From Myxococcales bacterium (GTDB taxonomy: Bacteria > Myxococcota_A > UBA9042 > JABWCM01 > BTVJ01): a stretch of DNA of 41,573 nucleotides. Position numbers and translations under genes: made by a program. Position 1 is the first letter of the stretch. Each line of letters begins with the position of its first letter. Under the pieces are notes generated by a model that searched no databases, was not told the DNA's origin, and saw only the letters and a list, made by a program, of their open reading frames with translations. Shown here piece by piece: positions 18,250 through 26,905 of the stretch. The DNA lies in the NCBI GenBank assembly GCA_045863395.1, contig BTVJ01000063.1, forward strand, positions 1-41,573, given 5' to 3'.

Positions 18250-19089
18250 TCAGTACTCGGTGGCGCCGGACTTTGTCTCAGGCGGGAGGATGAAGCTCAC
18301 GCCGATGGTGAACGTGAAGAAGTTGCGGAACTCGCTGCCAAGCTCCTTGCCCGTCTGGTCCGTCACGAGGCTCGTGTTGATCAGCGTGTCCCGGAACTCC
18401 AGGTTGAGGCCGAACCAGTCATTGAAGAAGGTGCGGGCGCCCAACCCGAAGAGGGGGCCGGCGAAGGCCACCCCTCCAAAGAGATCCGCCGCCTTCGAGT
18501 CCGGCTCGCCGCGCATCAGCGCGATGCCCGCCCCAAGCAGGAAGTGAAGGTCGTAGTGAAGGAGCAGCCCGTCAAACGCCATGAACTTGCCCTGCACGGG
18601 CACGAACGAGACGTTGGCCGTCACCAGCAGCTCCGGGCTGGCGGTCCGGATGGTGTCGGTCAGCTTCAACGAGCCCAGACAGTCCAGGCGCAGCGTCTTG
18701 TCGTCCTCCGAGGCGGTCGGGCCCGGATCGGGGCAGATGGCGTTCTGCTTGGCCCTCAGCTCCCGGTCCACCTGATCGTGGAGATCGGTGTTCGTGGAGA
18801 TTCCGTAGTTGATGTCCAGCCCGACGCCGAGCCACTCCAGGATGAAGTAGTTGGCCTGGAGCCCGACGAAGACCGGAGTCTCGTAGGCGACGGCGCCGGT
18901 GTAGGGATCTGGAATGGAGATCCCGACCGTCGGCGCGATCTCGAACCGCCCCTCGCGCCACAGCGTCTGCTGCATGATGGCGGGAGCCCCGTCGAGGGGC
19001 CCCTCCTTTGCGGCCGCGCGTGTAGGGGTCAGGGTGACGGAGACAGCGAGCACGACGGCCAGCGGCATCAGGAGCGGTAGTCGCTTCAT
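18250..19089 (-). CDS. Outer-membrane beta-barrel protein, myxobacterial GltA/GltB-like family
   Basis: Start ATG 19089 (GAGGAG RBS). Signal peptide; GRFEIAPTVG, VPVQGKF, YDLHFLLGAG, FGLGARTF, LEFRD, terminal amphipathic strand IGVSFILP. Confidence 0.82.
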   Translation of the reverse strand: MKRLPLLMPLAVVLAVSVTLTPTRAAAKEGPLDGAPAIMQQTLWREGRFEIAPTVGISIPDPYTGAVAYETPVFVGLQANYFILEWLGVGLDINYGISTNTDLHDQVDRELRAKQNAICPDPGPTASEDDKTLRLDCLGSLKLTDTIRTASPELLVTANVSFVPVQGKFMAFDGLLLHYDLHFLLGAGIALMRGEPDSKAADLFGGVAFAGPLFGLGARTFFNDWFGLNLEFRDTLINTSLVTDQTGKELGSEFRNFFTFTIGVSFILPPETKSGATEY

Positions 19090-19103
19090 GGCGGCGCCTC
19101 TCC

Positions 19104-19886
19104 TCACTTCGCGTACCGGTACGAGTGCTTGAACGGGAAGAACACGCTGAGCCCCGTCTGGAACATCAGGTTGTTCACGATGCTGTCGCCCGCCTTGAAC
19201 TCCTCGTTGTAGATGTAGTCGCGAATCTCGAAGTCCAAGGTCAGCCACTCCGTCAGGAACAGCCGGGAGCCAAGCCCGAAGTTGCCCGTGACTCGATTCT
19301 CGCCGTCGCTGCCCACCGTGTAGGTGCGCGTGACGCCCGCTCCGGCGACGAGATAGACGTCGTAGTGCACGATCGCCGTCCCAAAGAGGATGAACTTGCC
19401 GTAGATCGGCACGTAGCCGATGTGCCCACCCGCGTAGAAGTCCATGAACTTCCGCTCGGGGAAGACCCCGTAGGCGTCCTGAACCTCGTTGAACACGCTG
19501 GACTCGGAGTGGAAGAACTTGTTGTAGGTTCCCCCGATGAAGAGCCAGTCCGTGATGTGGAACGTCCCGTTCGCGCCGACCGCGAAATGGTGGGTCAGTG
19601 TCTCGTTGAACGCGACCGCGAAGGTCGGGGCGAGCTCGAAGCGGAGCTTCCGCATGAAGGGTCGCCGCTGGTAGACGTGGATCTGCTCCTCGAAGTCGTC
19701 GCCCAGGTCCACTTCCATGGCCGGCTCTGCGGTCGCCTCCGCTGCCGGAGCAGCCTCCCCCGTCGCCTGTGCCACCGCCACGCCGGGCTCCACCACGCCC
19801 AGTCCCCACGCGAACGCGAGGGCGACGAGCGCCAGTGTCCTGGACGAGCGGTCTTGTCGCCGACGCCGAATGTGGGCGGTCGCCAT
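19104..19886 (-). CDS. Outer-membrane beta-barrel protein, myxobacterial GltA/GltB-like family (paralog)
   Basis: Signal peptide; VYQRRPFMRKLRFELAP, VPIYGKF, HYDVYLVAGAG, FGLGSRLF, FEIRD, GLSVFFP align with the adjacent barrel. Confidence 0.85.
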   Translation of the reverse strand: MATAHIRRRRQDRSSRTLALVALAFAWGLGVVEPGVAVAQATGEAAPAAEATAEPAMEVDLGDDFEEQIHVYQRRPFMRKLRFELAPTFAVAFNETLTHHFAVGANGTFHITDWLFIGGTYNKFFHSESSVFNEVQDAYGVFPERKFMDFYAGGHIGYVPIYGKFILFGTAIVHYDVYLVAGAGVTRTYTVGSDGENRVTGNFGLGSRLFLTEWLTLDFEIRDYIYNEEFKAGDSIVNNLMFQTGLSVFFPFKHSYRYAK

Positions 19887-19942
19887 GTTCGACGAAATCT
19901 CCTAAGTCACTGAATTTACAACAGGAACGCAGCGTTCGACGT

Positions 19943-19971
19943 ATAGTAGCCGACCCTCCCGGAAAGGTCAA
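19943..19971 (-). promoter_or_regulatory. Sigma-70 promoter for the OM-barrel genes, -35 overlapping the ftsY stop codon
   Basis: Minus strand TTGACC-N17-TACTAT, then AGGAG upstream of ATG 19886. Confidence 0.65.
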
Positions 19972-21239
19972 GCCATTTGCCCGGCGTCCCCTCTCCCGAA
20001 GAGGGCGTCCACGAACTCCCGACTGTCGAAGGGCCGGAGGTCCTGGACCCGCTCCCCGACCCCGATGAAGCGGATGGGCAGGCCGAGCTCGTCGCAGATG
20101 CCGATGACCACGCCGCCCTTTGCCGTGCCGTCGAGCTTGGTGAGCACCAGGCCCGTGACGGGCACCGCGTCACGAAAGAGGCGCGCCTGCTGCATCGCGT
20201 TCTGACCCATGGTGCTGTCGAGGACCAGGATCACCTCGTGGGGCGCGCCCTGCATGGCCTTGCCGGTCACGCGGTGGACCTTCTTCAGCTCGTCGACCAG
20301 GCCCCCGTGGGTGTGGAGGCGCCCCGCCGTATCCGCGAGCACCACGTCATGCCCGCTCTTCTTCGCGTGCTCGACCGCGTCGAAGACCACCGACGCCGGG
20401 TCCGCTCCTGCCCCGCCCCTCCAGACCTCCACGCCGACGCGACGACCCCACACCTCGAGCTGCTCGACCGCCGCAGCCCGGAAGGTGTCCCCGGCGGCGA
20501 GCAGCACCTTGTGGCCCTCCCGGCTCAGGCGGGCCGCGATCTTCCCGATGGACGTGGTCTTGCCCGTGCCGTTCACGCCGATGACCAGCACCACGTAGGG
20601 GCGTGGCCCGTCCGGGACCTGCAGCGGCCCGCCGCCTGCGTTGGCGGACTCCAGCATCTCCAGGGTCTGCTCTCGCAGCGTCGCCCAGACCTTGTCGGCG
20701 GACGACAGCTCCTTGCGCCCGAGGGCCGCGCGCAAGCCAGCGAGCAGCTTCTCCGACGTCGTGACTCCGATGTCCGCCGTGTAGAGGACGGCCTCCACCT
20801 CGTCCAGGAGCGCCTCGTCGAGCTGCTTGCCCCGGAACAGCTTGCCGAGCTTGGAGACGAAGCCCTCCCCCGTGGTCTTGGCGAGGCCCTGGGCGAACGT
20901 GGCGGGCGCCTCCTCCGGGGGGGACTCCGGGGCCGGGCCCTTGGCCCGCGACAGGGGCTTCTCCGCCCCTCTCGGCGAGGGCTTCTCCGCCCCTCTCGGC
21001 GAGGGCTTCTCCGCCCCTCTCGGCGAGGGCTTCTCCGCGCCCTTCGGAGAGGGCTTCTCCGCGCCCTTCGGCGGGAGAGCCGGTGGCTGCTCGCCGCTGT
21101 CCAGCCGGTTGCGCTTGATGGCCCACGCAGCGGCGAGGCCGAACACGATCACTGCCACCACGATGGCGACGATCAGCTCTACGGTCAGACCGTCCGGAGC
21201 GGACGCGCGGGCGATGGTGTGGAGGGAGGTGATGCTCAT
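19968..21239 (-). CDS. ftsY: Signal recognition particle-docking protein FtsY with N-terminal TM helix
   Basis: Start ATG 21239. NG-domain motifs GVNGTGKTT, AAGDTFRAAA, DTAGR, TKLDGTAKGG, GVGE; hydrophobic LIVAIVVAVIVFGLAAAWAI near the N-terminus. Confidence 0.96.
   Translation of the reverse strand: MSITSLHTIARASAPDGLTVELIVAIVVAVIVFGLAAAWAIKRNRLDSGEQPPALPPKGAEKPSPKGAEKPSPRGAEKPSPRGAEKPSPRGAEKPLSRAKGPAPESPPEEAPATFAQGLAKTTGEGFVSKLGKLFRGKQLDEALLDEVEAVLYTADIGVTTSEKLLAGLRAALGRKELSSADKVWATLREQTLEMLESANAGGGPLQVPDGPRPYVVLVIGVNGTGKTTSIGKIAARLSREGHKVLLAAGDTFRAAAVEQLEVWGRRVGVEVWRGGAGADPASVVFDAVEHAKKSGHDVVLADTAGRLHTHGGLVDELKKVHRVTGKAMQGAPHEVILVLDSTMGQNAMQQARLFRDAVPVTGLVLTKLDGTAKGGVVIGICDELGLPIRFIGVGERVQDLRPFDSREFVDALFGRGDAGQMA
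20955..21074. repeat. 24-bp tandem repeat x5 inside ftsY, encoding (K/R)GAEKPSP units
   Basis: GGGCTTCTCCGCCCCTCTCGGCGA x3, then two variant copies GGGCTTCTCCGCGCCCTTCGG(AGA/CGG). Confidence 0.95.
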
Positions 21240-21318
21240 GGCGCGCGGAGCATAGCGACCAACGCCTGCGAGGTCCATCGGTTTGAAGCAGGCCGTGCCT
21301 CCGTGATACTCCTGCCGG

Positions 21319-23001
21319 GTGGTCCGCCTGCTCCCCCTGGTGTCCGTTCTCCTCCTCGCGCTCGCGCTGCCCGCGGACGCCGACGGAGCAGAGATCCGTG
21401 TCCGCGCACGCACCCGGCTCACCTTCGGGGTTGGGCGAGTCGACGGCGGCTTGGAGGTGCGCGGGCGACTCGACGACGACGCCCACCGGGGCGTGGCTGA
21501 CCGGGAGGTCGCCCTGACCATGGCAGGGTGGGACGGCGCCGAGACCACCCGCACGGGCCCCGACGGTGAGTTCGTCTACCGCCTGGGCGCCTGGGATCTC
21601 CGCGCGTTGCTCGAGGGCTCGCGGCGCCTGTTCGTCCACGTGGGCTGGGCGGGCGACACCCGCTACGGGCCCGCCAGGCAGGAGCGCACGGTGGACGTGG
21701 ACAAGCTCGACGTAGAGCTGTCCGCGACGGTCGTCCCCACCATGGCGGTCATGGGAGAGCGGCGCGACGTGCGGCTGATCGCCGAGGCCTACGCCCAGGG
21801 GCGCCCCGTGCGAGACCTGGAGCTCACGGTGAGCATCGCGGGCGGCCCCCCGCGCCCCCTGCGCACGGGGCCAGACGGCCGGGCGACCGCCGCCCTGTCC
21901 ACCGAGGGTCTCGGTGGCCCTGGGGAGGTGCCCGTTCAGGTGCGCGCCCCGGAGGCCGCCGATACGAACGCCGCCTCCGCTGCAGCCCGACTCCTGCTGG
22001 TGTCGCCGACGACCCTGACCCTGGAGGTGGCGGCGACGGAGGGGGCTTCGCCGTCCCTGCGCGCCTCCGGCCTGCTGGCCGACGCCCGTGGACCCGTGCA
22101 GGGTGGCCTCGTCACCCTCCTGGCCGATGAGCTGCCGGTCGCGCTTGGCGTCACGGGAGAGGATGGCCGCTGGACCGTGGCGATCACGCGGCGCACGCTG
22201 TCCGATGCGTGCCCGCCCGATGCGGAGACGCCCCTGTGCCGCGGCTCCCGGTCCATGACGCTGCGCGGAGCCTACAGCCCGGCCGAGCCGTGGCGGCGCG
22301 CGTCGGTCTCTGAGCCAGTGGACGCCCTGCTGCCCGAGCCCCCCCGCGTCCCCCTCGAAGCCTACCTGTGGGCCCTCGCGGGGGCACTGGCGGTGATGGG
22401 CGCGGCCTGGCTCGTGCGCCTCCGACCGTTGGCGCGACTCCGGCGCGCTGCGCCACGCTCCGCTTCGCCCCCGCCGCCTCCGCGCACCCTCGCGGTCCCG
22501 CCCCCGCCGACGCCTCACGAGGCCTCGATCCCCGCGGATCGCGTCGCGGGAGTGGTGGTCGACGCCGCCACGGGGGCCCCCGTGGGTGGCGCGTCCGTCC
22601 GAGCCGCCGGCGATGCCGCGACGACGGGCCCTGACGGGCGCTTCGAGCTGGGCCCCCTGCCCCCAGGCGAGCACGCGCTCCTCATCGCAGCCCGCGGCTT
22701 CCTGCCGGCGCGGCTCCCCGTCTGGGTCCCCCACCACGGGCGCGTGCTCGGGCTCCTGCGCTCCGTCCGAGACGAGGCCGCCGCCGTATACCGGAGCCGG
22801 GTCGAACCGGATGCCGGCGCCGGCGCGTTCGGCCTCCTCACCCCGCGGGACATCGCGGCGTTCCTCGCCGAGCGCTCCGGACACGACGCGGCGGCCCTCG
22901 CCAGGCTGACCGAGGCCTTCGAGCACGTCTACTACGGGGACGCGTGCGCAGGGCCAGAGGCCGTGGACAGGGTACGGGCGGCCGCGGAGGAGCAACCGTG
23001 A
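21319..23001 (+). CDS. Secreted/TM protein with Ig-like repeats, carboxypeptidase-regulatory-like domain and DUF4129-like C-terminus
   Basis: GTG start; signal LLPLVSVLLLALALPADA; recurrent xTGPDGx strands; TM YLWALAGALAVMGAAWLV; VAGVVVDAATGAPVGGASV...TTGPDGRFEL; LTPRD...LTEAFEHVYYG. Confidence 0.75.
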   Translation: MVRLLPLVSVLLLALALPADADGAEIRVRARTRLTFGVGRVDGGLEVRGRLDDDAHRGVADREVALTMAGWDGAETTRTGPDGEFVYRLGAWDLRALLEGSRRLFVHVGWAGDTRYGPARQERTVDVDKLDVELSATVVPTMAVMGERRDVRLIAEAYAQGRPVRDLELTVSIAGGPPRPLRTGPDGRATAALSTEGLGGPGEVPVQVRAPEAADTNAASAAARLLLVSPTTLTLEVAATEGASPSLRASGLLADARGPVQGGLVTLLADELPVALGVTGEDGRWTVAITRRTLSDACPPDAETPLCRGSRSMTLRGAYSPAEPWRRASVSEPVDALLPEPPRVPLEAYLWALAGALAVMGAAWLVRLRPLARLRRAAPRSASPPPPPRTLAVPPPPTPHEASIPADRVAGVVVDAATGAPVGGASVRAAGDAATTGPDGRFELGPLPPGEHALLIAARGFLPARLPVWVPHHGRVLGLLRSVRDEAAAVYRSRVEPDAGAGAFGLLTPRDIAAFLAERSGHDAAALARLTEAFEHVYYGDACAGPEAVDRVRAAAEEQP

Positions 23002-24383
23002 GGATGCTTGTGACCCTCCTGCTGCTCGTCACGACGAACACGTGGGCGAGCGACTATGATCCGCAGAGCAGGGAGTGGAACGGATCTTCCTATCTGCTTG
23101 AGACTGCCCGAGAGGCCCGTGTCTCGCTCCAGCTCGCAGATGAGGTGGACTGGGCGACCGTCGACCCCGACACGGTCCTCGTGCTCGTCAGCCCGAGCCT
23201 CCCGCCGGACGTGGACAGCCTGCTCGCCTTCCTGAGAGACGGTGGTCACGCGGTGGTGCTCGACGACTTCGGCGCCTCGGACCCGCTGCTGGACCGCGTC
23301 GGCATCCACAAGGTGCCAGGCGTCTTGCGCCACGACGACTTCCTTGACGACGACCCCTCGTTCCCGGTGCTCCAGCCCGGTGAGGAGCACTTCCTCTTCT
23401 TCAACATTCGCGGCGTCGGTGGGCGCATCGTGGGGAACCACCCGACGTCCTTCGAGCTGTCCGACGGCGCGACGGCGATCCTCCGCTACGCGGGCGGGGC
23501 GGCGTTCATCGCCGAGGCGCGGGTCGGGCGCGGCGCCCTGCTGGCGGTGGCCGACGGGAGCGTGTTCATCAATGAGATGCTCCACCAGCACGGGGACAAG
23601 CAGCTCGCGGCCAACCTGCTGCGGTACTACTGCACCGGCCAGAGCTGCGAGGTGACGCTGGCGACGCCGTCGACCCGCTGGGTCGGTCGCTACGACCCGC
23701 GCAGCGCGCGGGACCGGTCGACGCTGGACGGGCTCTTCCTCGAGTCGGTCTCCATCATCGACGCCTTCGTGTCGCGCGCCTCCGGGAGCCTTGGTGAGGG
23801 CCCCCGCCTGCGGGCGCTCCTCCTCCTGACCCTCGCGGTCCTGGGACTTGCGACCCTCCGGCTCGGGCGGCGAGCGGCCGTCCACGACCCGGTGCCGGCG
23901 GTGCCCGCGGAGGTTCCGGCCGCATCAGAGATCGTGGCGGCGGGCATGGCGGGTGCGCGGCACCGGGCAGACTTCCGGGGAGCGGCCGCGTCCATCGCGG
24001 CCACGGTCCGCGCCGCCCTGCGACGCCAGCGCCTCGGCCCCGCCTCCGATGCGGCGGCGGACCTGGAGCGCGCGGCGCGCACCCTGGCCGGCCGCGTGCA
24101 TCCCCGTGACCCGCAGGCCCGGGACGCGCTCCGGCGAAAGGTCTTGAACCTGCTGCCCCTGTCCGTTAGCGTACCCGCGGCTGCGGGCCCGCCCCGCCCC
24201 GTCTCCGCAAGCGAATTCGAGGCGCTCGATGACGACGCACGGCACATCCTCGGCGCCATCGCCGGACTCCGCGGCAGAGGCGACGCCCCCCCGGGACAGG
24301 CGCCCCCTGCAGGAGGCGGTGGAGCTGGCGCGGGACCGGCGCGCCCGGATGATCGCGGAGATCAAGAAGGTCTACATCGGTGA
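22998..24383 (+). CDS. DUF4350-like protein of the MoxR cluster
   Basis: GTG 22998 overlapping the upstream TGA, GGAGGAG RBS (ATG 23004 is an alternative). DYDPQSREWNGSS, LLAFLRDGG, GRGALLAVADGSVFINEML, later TM helix. Confidence 0.75.
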   Translation: MRMLVTLLLLVTTNTWASDYDPQSREWNGSSYLLETAREARVSLQLADEVDWATVDPDTVLVLVSPSLPPDVDSLLAFLRDGGHAVVLDDFGASDPLLDRVGIHKVPGVLRHDDFLDDDPSFPVLQPGEEHFLFFNIRGVGGRIVGNHPTSFELSDGATAILRYAGGAAFIAEARVGRGALLAVADGSVFINEMLHQHGDKQLAANLLRYYCTGQSCEVTLATPSTRWVGRYDPRSARDRSTLDGLFLESVSIIDAFVSRASGSLGEGPRLRALLLLTLAVLGLATLRLGRRAAVHDPVPAVPAEVPAASEIVAAGMAGARHRADFRGAAASIAATVRAALRRQRLGPASDAAADLERAARTLAGRVHPRDPQARDALRRKVLNLLPLSVSVPAAAGPPRPVSASEFEALDDDARHILGAIAGLRGRGDAPPGQAPPAGGGGAGAGPARPDDRGDQEGLHR

Positions 24384-25251
24384 CGACGGCGTCGTCGACG
24401 TCCTGCTCACGGCGCTGCTGGGCCGAGGCCACGCGCTGCTGGAGGGCGTGCCGGGCATCGCGAAGACCACGCTGGTCAAGGCCTTCGCCCGCACGCTGGG
24501 CCTGACCTTCCGGCGGGTCCAGTTCACCCCGGACCTGCTGCCCGCCGACATCACGGGCACCTACGTGCTGGACCTGGCGACCAACACCTTCGTGCTCCGA
24601 AAGGGGCCGATCTTCGCCAACGTGGTCCTCGGCGACGAGATCAACAGGGCCCCTGCCAAGACCCAATCCGCCCTCCTGGAGGCCATGCAGGAGGGGCAGG
24701 TCACCGTCGAAGGGGACACCCGCCCCTTGGACCCACCCTTCATGGTGCTCGCGACACAGAACCCGGTGGAGCAGGAGGGGGTCTACCCCCTGCCCGAGGC
24801 CCAGGTCGACCGGTTCATGGTCAAGCTGGAGCTGCGCTACCCCACCTTCGAGGAGGAGCAGCGCATCCTGACAACCTACAACCACCCCGTGGCGGACGTG
24901 GAGGTCGTGCTCTCGCCGCAGGAGGTCCTGGACCTGATCCAGGAGGCGGAGCGGGTGCACATCGAGCCGGACCTGCGCGACTACGTGATCCGGCTCGCCC
25001 GCTTCACCCGCGAGCACCCGCACGCCCTGCTCGGTGCCTCTCCACGCGCTTCCCTTGCCCTGATGCGGACGGCCAAGATCCGGGCGCTCCTGCAGGGGCG
25101 CGACTTCGCCCTGCCCGACGACGTGCGGTTCATGGCGCCCTTCGTGCTGACCCACCGCGTCGTCCTCACCCCCGACGCGGAGCTGGAGGGCGTGCGCCCG
25201 GCGGACGTGCTGCAGGACGCGCTGCGGGCCACCCGCTACGCCCGCGAGTAG
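24229..25251 (+). CDS. MoxR-family AAA+ ATPase
   Basis: Walker A GVPGIAKT, RVQFTPDLLPADITG, Walker B VLGDEINRAPAKTQSALLEAMQE, ATQNP, YPLPEAQ, GASPR. Start uncertain (24229 or 24349). Confidence 0.95.
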   Translation: MTTHGTSSAPSPDSAAEATPPRDRRPLQEAVELARDRRARMIAEIKKVYIGDDGVVDVLLTALLGRGHALLEGVPGIAKTTLVKAFARTLGLTFRRVQFTPDLLPADITGTYVLDLATNTFVLRKGPIFANVVLGDEINRAPAKTQSALLEAMQEGQVTVEGDTRPLDPPFMVLATQNPVEQEGVYPLPEAQVDRFMVKLELRYPTFEEEQRILTTYNHPVADVEVVLSPQEVLDLIQEAERVHIEPDLRDYVIRLARFTREHPHALLGASPRASLALMRTAKIRALLQGRDFALPDDVRFMAPFVLTHRVVLTPDAELEGVRPADVLQDALRATRYARE

Positions 25252-25255
25252 GCGC

Positions 25256-26902
25256 TTGGCCGCGCAGCTCCCGCGAGACGCCGCCCCCCTGTCCTTGCGC
25301 GTGCAGGTCGAGCGCCGCGGCGTCCTCCTCCTCGCGACCGCGCTGGTGTTCATCACGTCCGGGCTGCTGGGCGGGCGCCCCGTGCTGCTCGCGTGGGGCT
25401 CCGTGCCGCTGCTGTTCGTCGTCGCAGCATGGGCCCGCGCCGTGGTGAGCACCATGGGACGCACAGGGCGCCCCCTGGCCATCGCCTGCGGCAGCCCCGT
25501 CGGGCCACGCAAGATCCACGCAGTCGGCGACGACCTGACCCTTCCGGTGACCCTTGGCACGCGCCTCGGGCGCGCCATCCGCGCGGGCCGCCTCACCCTT
25601 GTGGCGTCCGGGGCCCTCGAGCTGCTCGACGACGTGCCGCCCCTCGACACCGCCCCTGACGGCGAGGCGCGCGCCACCGCTCGGCTTCGGCCCATCCAGG
25701 CGGGGACCTGGTTCATCCACGGGGCGCACGTGCGGCTCCCCCTCGGCGACCGGCTGGTGTCCGTGGTCGGCTACCTCCCCATCGAGGCCCGCTTCAAGGT
25801 GCTCCCCCGGTCCGCCTTCCGCTCGTCCCGAGCGACGCTGCCCGTGCGTCGCAGCGCGGCGCGCGCGTCGGCCCGGGACAGCCTCGGCGCCGCCCGCAGC
25901 CTGGTGCGCGGCTTGGGCACCGACCTGCGCGAGCTCCGGGAGCACGTCCCCGGGGACCCGTTCAAGCACATCGCCTGGAAAGCGAGCGCCCGCACGGGGA
26001 AGCTGGTCGTCAAGGAGTTCGAGAGCTCGGTCACCCAGTCGTGCTACCTGCTCCTGGACACGGGCCCCTCCATGCGCTGGGGCGTCCGCGGCCAGACGCT
26101 CCTGGATCGGGCGACGGACGTCGCCTTCGCCTGGGCGCAGGAGCTCGCGCGTGGGGGCGTGCGGTTCGGCCTGCTGTGCTACGACGCGGACGTGTGGGCT
26201 CACGTCCATGCAGCGGACGGGAGGCGGGCCCTGGTGGCCGTGGCCGATCACCTGCTGGAGGCGCACACTTCCATGCGTGAGCCCGTGACGGCAGCGACCG
26301 ACGCAGACGTGATCGCCGCCGTAGGCACGTACCTCCACCGCCAGTGGGGGCGTGACTTCCGCGCAGACAATGGCCCCTCCTCGGGGCGGGCACCCATCGA
26401 GGCCCTCTGGGATCGGGACGCCATGAGCGCCTGGGTGGGCGCGGTCCTGCCGGAGCTGGGCGGGGCGGTCCCGCGGCTCCACGGGGACGCCCACCTGGCG
26501 AGTGATCCCCAGATGCGGGCGCTCCGGCAGCTCTGCCGTGTGCAGGGGATCGAGCTCCCGTTGCGCGCGACGTGGGGGGACGGGGAGCGGGAGGCGGGCC
26601 TGTCGCGAGCCCTGGAGCAGGTGCTGACGAGCCCGGGCGGACCACACACCGTGGTCGTGATCACGGACCTCCTCGGCATCGACGACGCAGGACCCGTCAC
26701 GCGGCAGCTCCAGGCGCTGGCCCGGCGCAAACACGACGTGACCTTTCTACTCCCGCCGCCGCGATCCCTCGGGCAGTCCCTGGACCTCCGCTCGCGGGTC
26801 GCCGGCGCCGAGGAGGCGCGTCAGTCGTTGGAGAGAGAGACGGTCCAGGCGCGCCTGCGAGCATCGGGCGCTCGGGTGAGCCTCCACGGACCGCTGCGTT
26901 GA
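25256..26902 (+). CDS. DUF58 (vWA-like) protein, MoxR partner
   Basis: GLGTDLRELREHVPGDPFKHIAWKASARTGKLVVKEFE, LLLDTGPSM, VVVITDL; N-terminal hydrophobic segments; TTG start 4 nt after the moxR stop. Confidence 0.88.
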   Translation: MAAQLPRDAAPLSLRVQVERRGVLLLATALVFITSGLLGGRPVLLAWGSVPLLFVVAAWARAVVSTMGRTGRPLAIACGSPVGPRKIHAVGDDLTLPVTLGTRLGRAIRAGRLTLVASGALELLDDVPPLDTAPDGEARATARLRPIQAGTWFIHGAHVRLPLGDRLVSVVGYLPIEARFKVLPRSAFRSSRATLPVRRSAARASARDSLGAARSLVRGLGTDLRELREHVPGDPFKHIAWKASARTGKLVVKEFESSVTQSCYLLLDTGPSMRWGVRGQTLLDRATDVAFAWAQELARGGVRFGLLCYDADVWAHVHAADGRRALVAVADHLLEAHTSMREPVTAATDADVIAAVGTYLHRQWGRDFRADNGPSSGRAPIEALWDRDAMSAWVGAVLPELGGAVPRLHGDAHLASDPQMRALRQLCRVQGIELPLRATWGDGEREAGLSRALEQVLTSPGGPHTVVVITDLLGIDDAGPVTRQLQALARRKHDVTFLLPPPRSLGQSLDLRSRVAGAEEARQSLERETVQARLRASGARVSLHGPLR

Positions 26903-26905
26903 TGC

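Noticed and set aside
19090..19971. N-terminal extension of ORF 18250..19971 (apparent 573-aa protein)
   Set aside because: Off-frame shadow of the upstream barrel gene; the real start is ATG 19089 with RBS and signal peptide.
20955..21074. CRISPR array
   Set aside because: Units are contiguous with no spacers, in frame within ftsY, and no cas genes are present.
19890..21320. SRP RNA (ffs) near ftsY
   Set aside because: No SRP domain IV motif seen in the flanking intergenic sequences.
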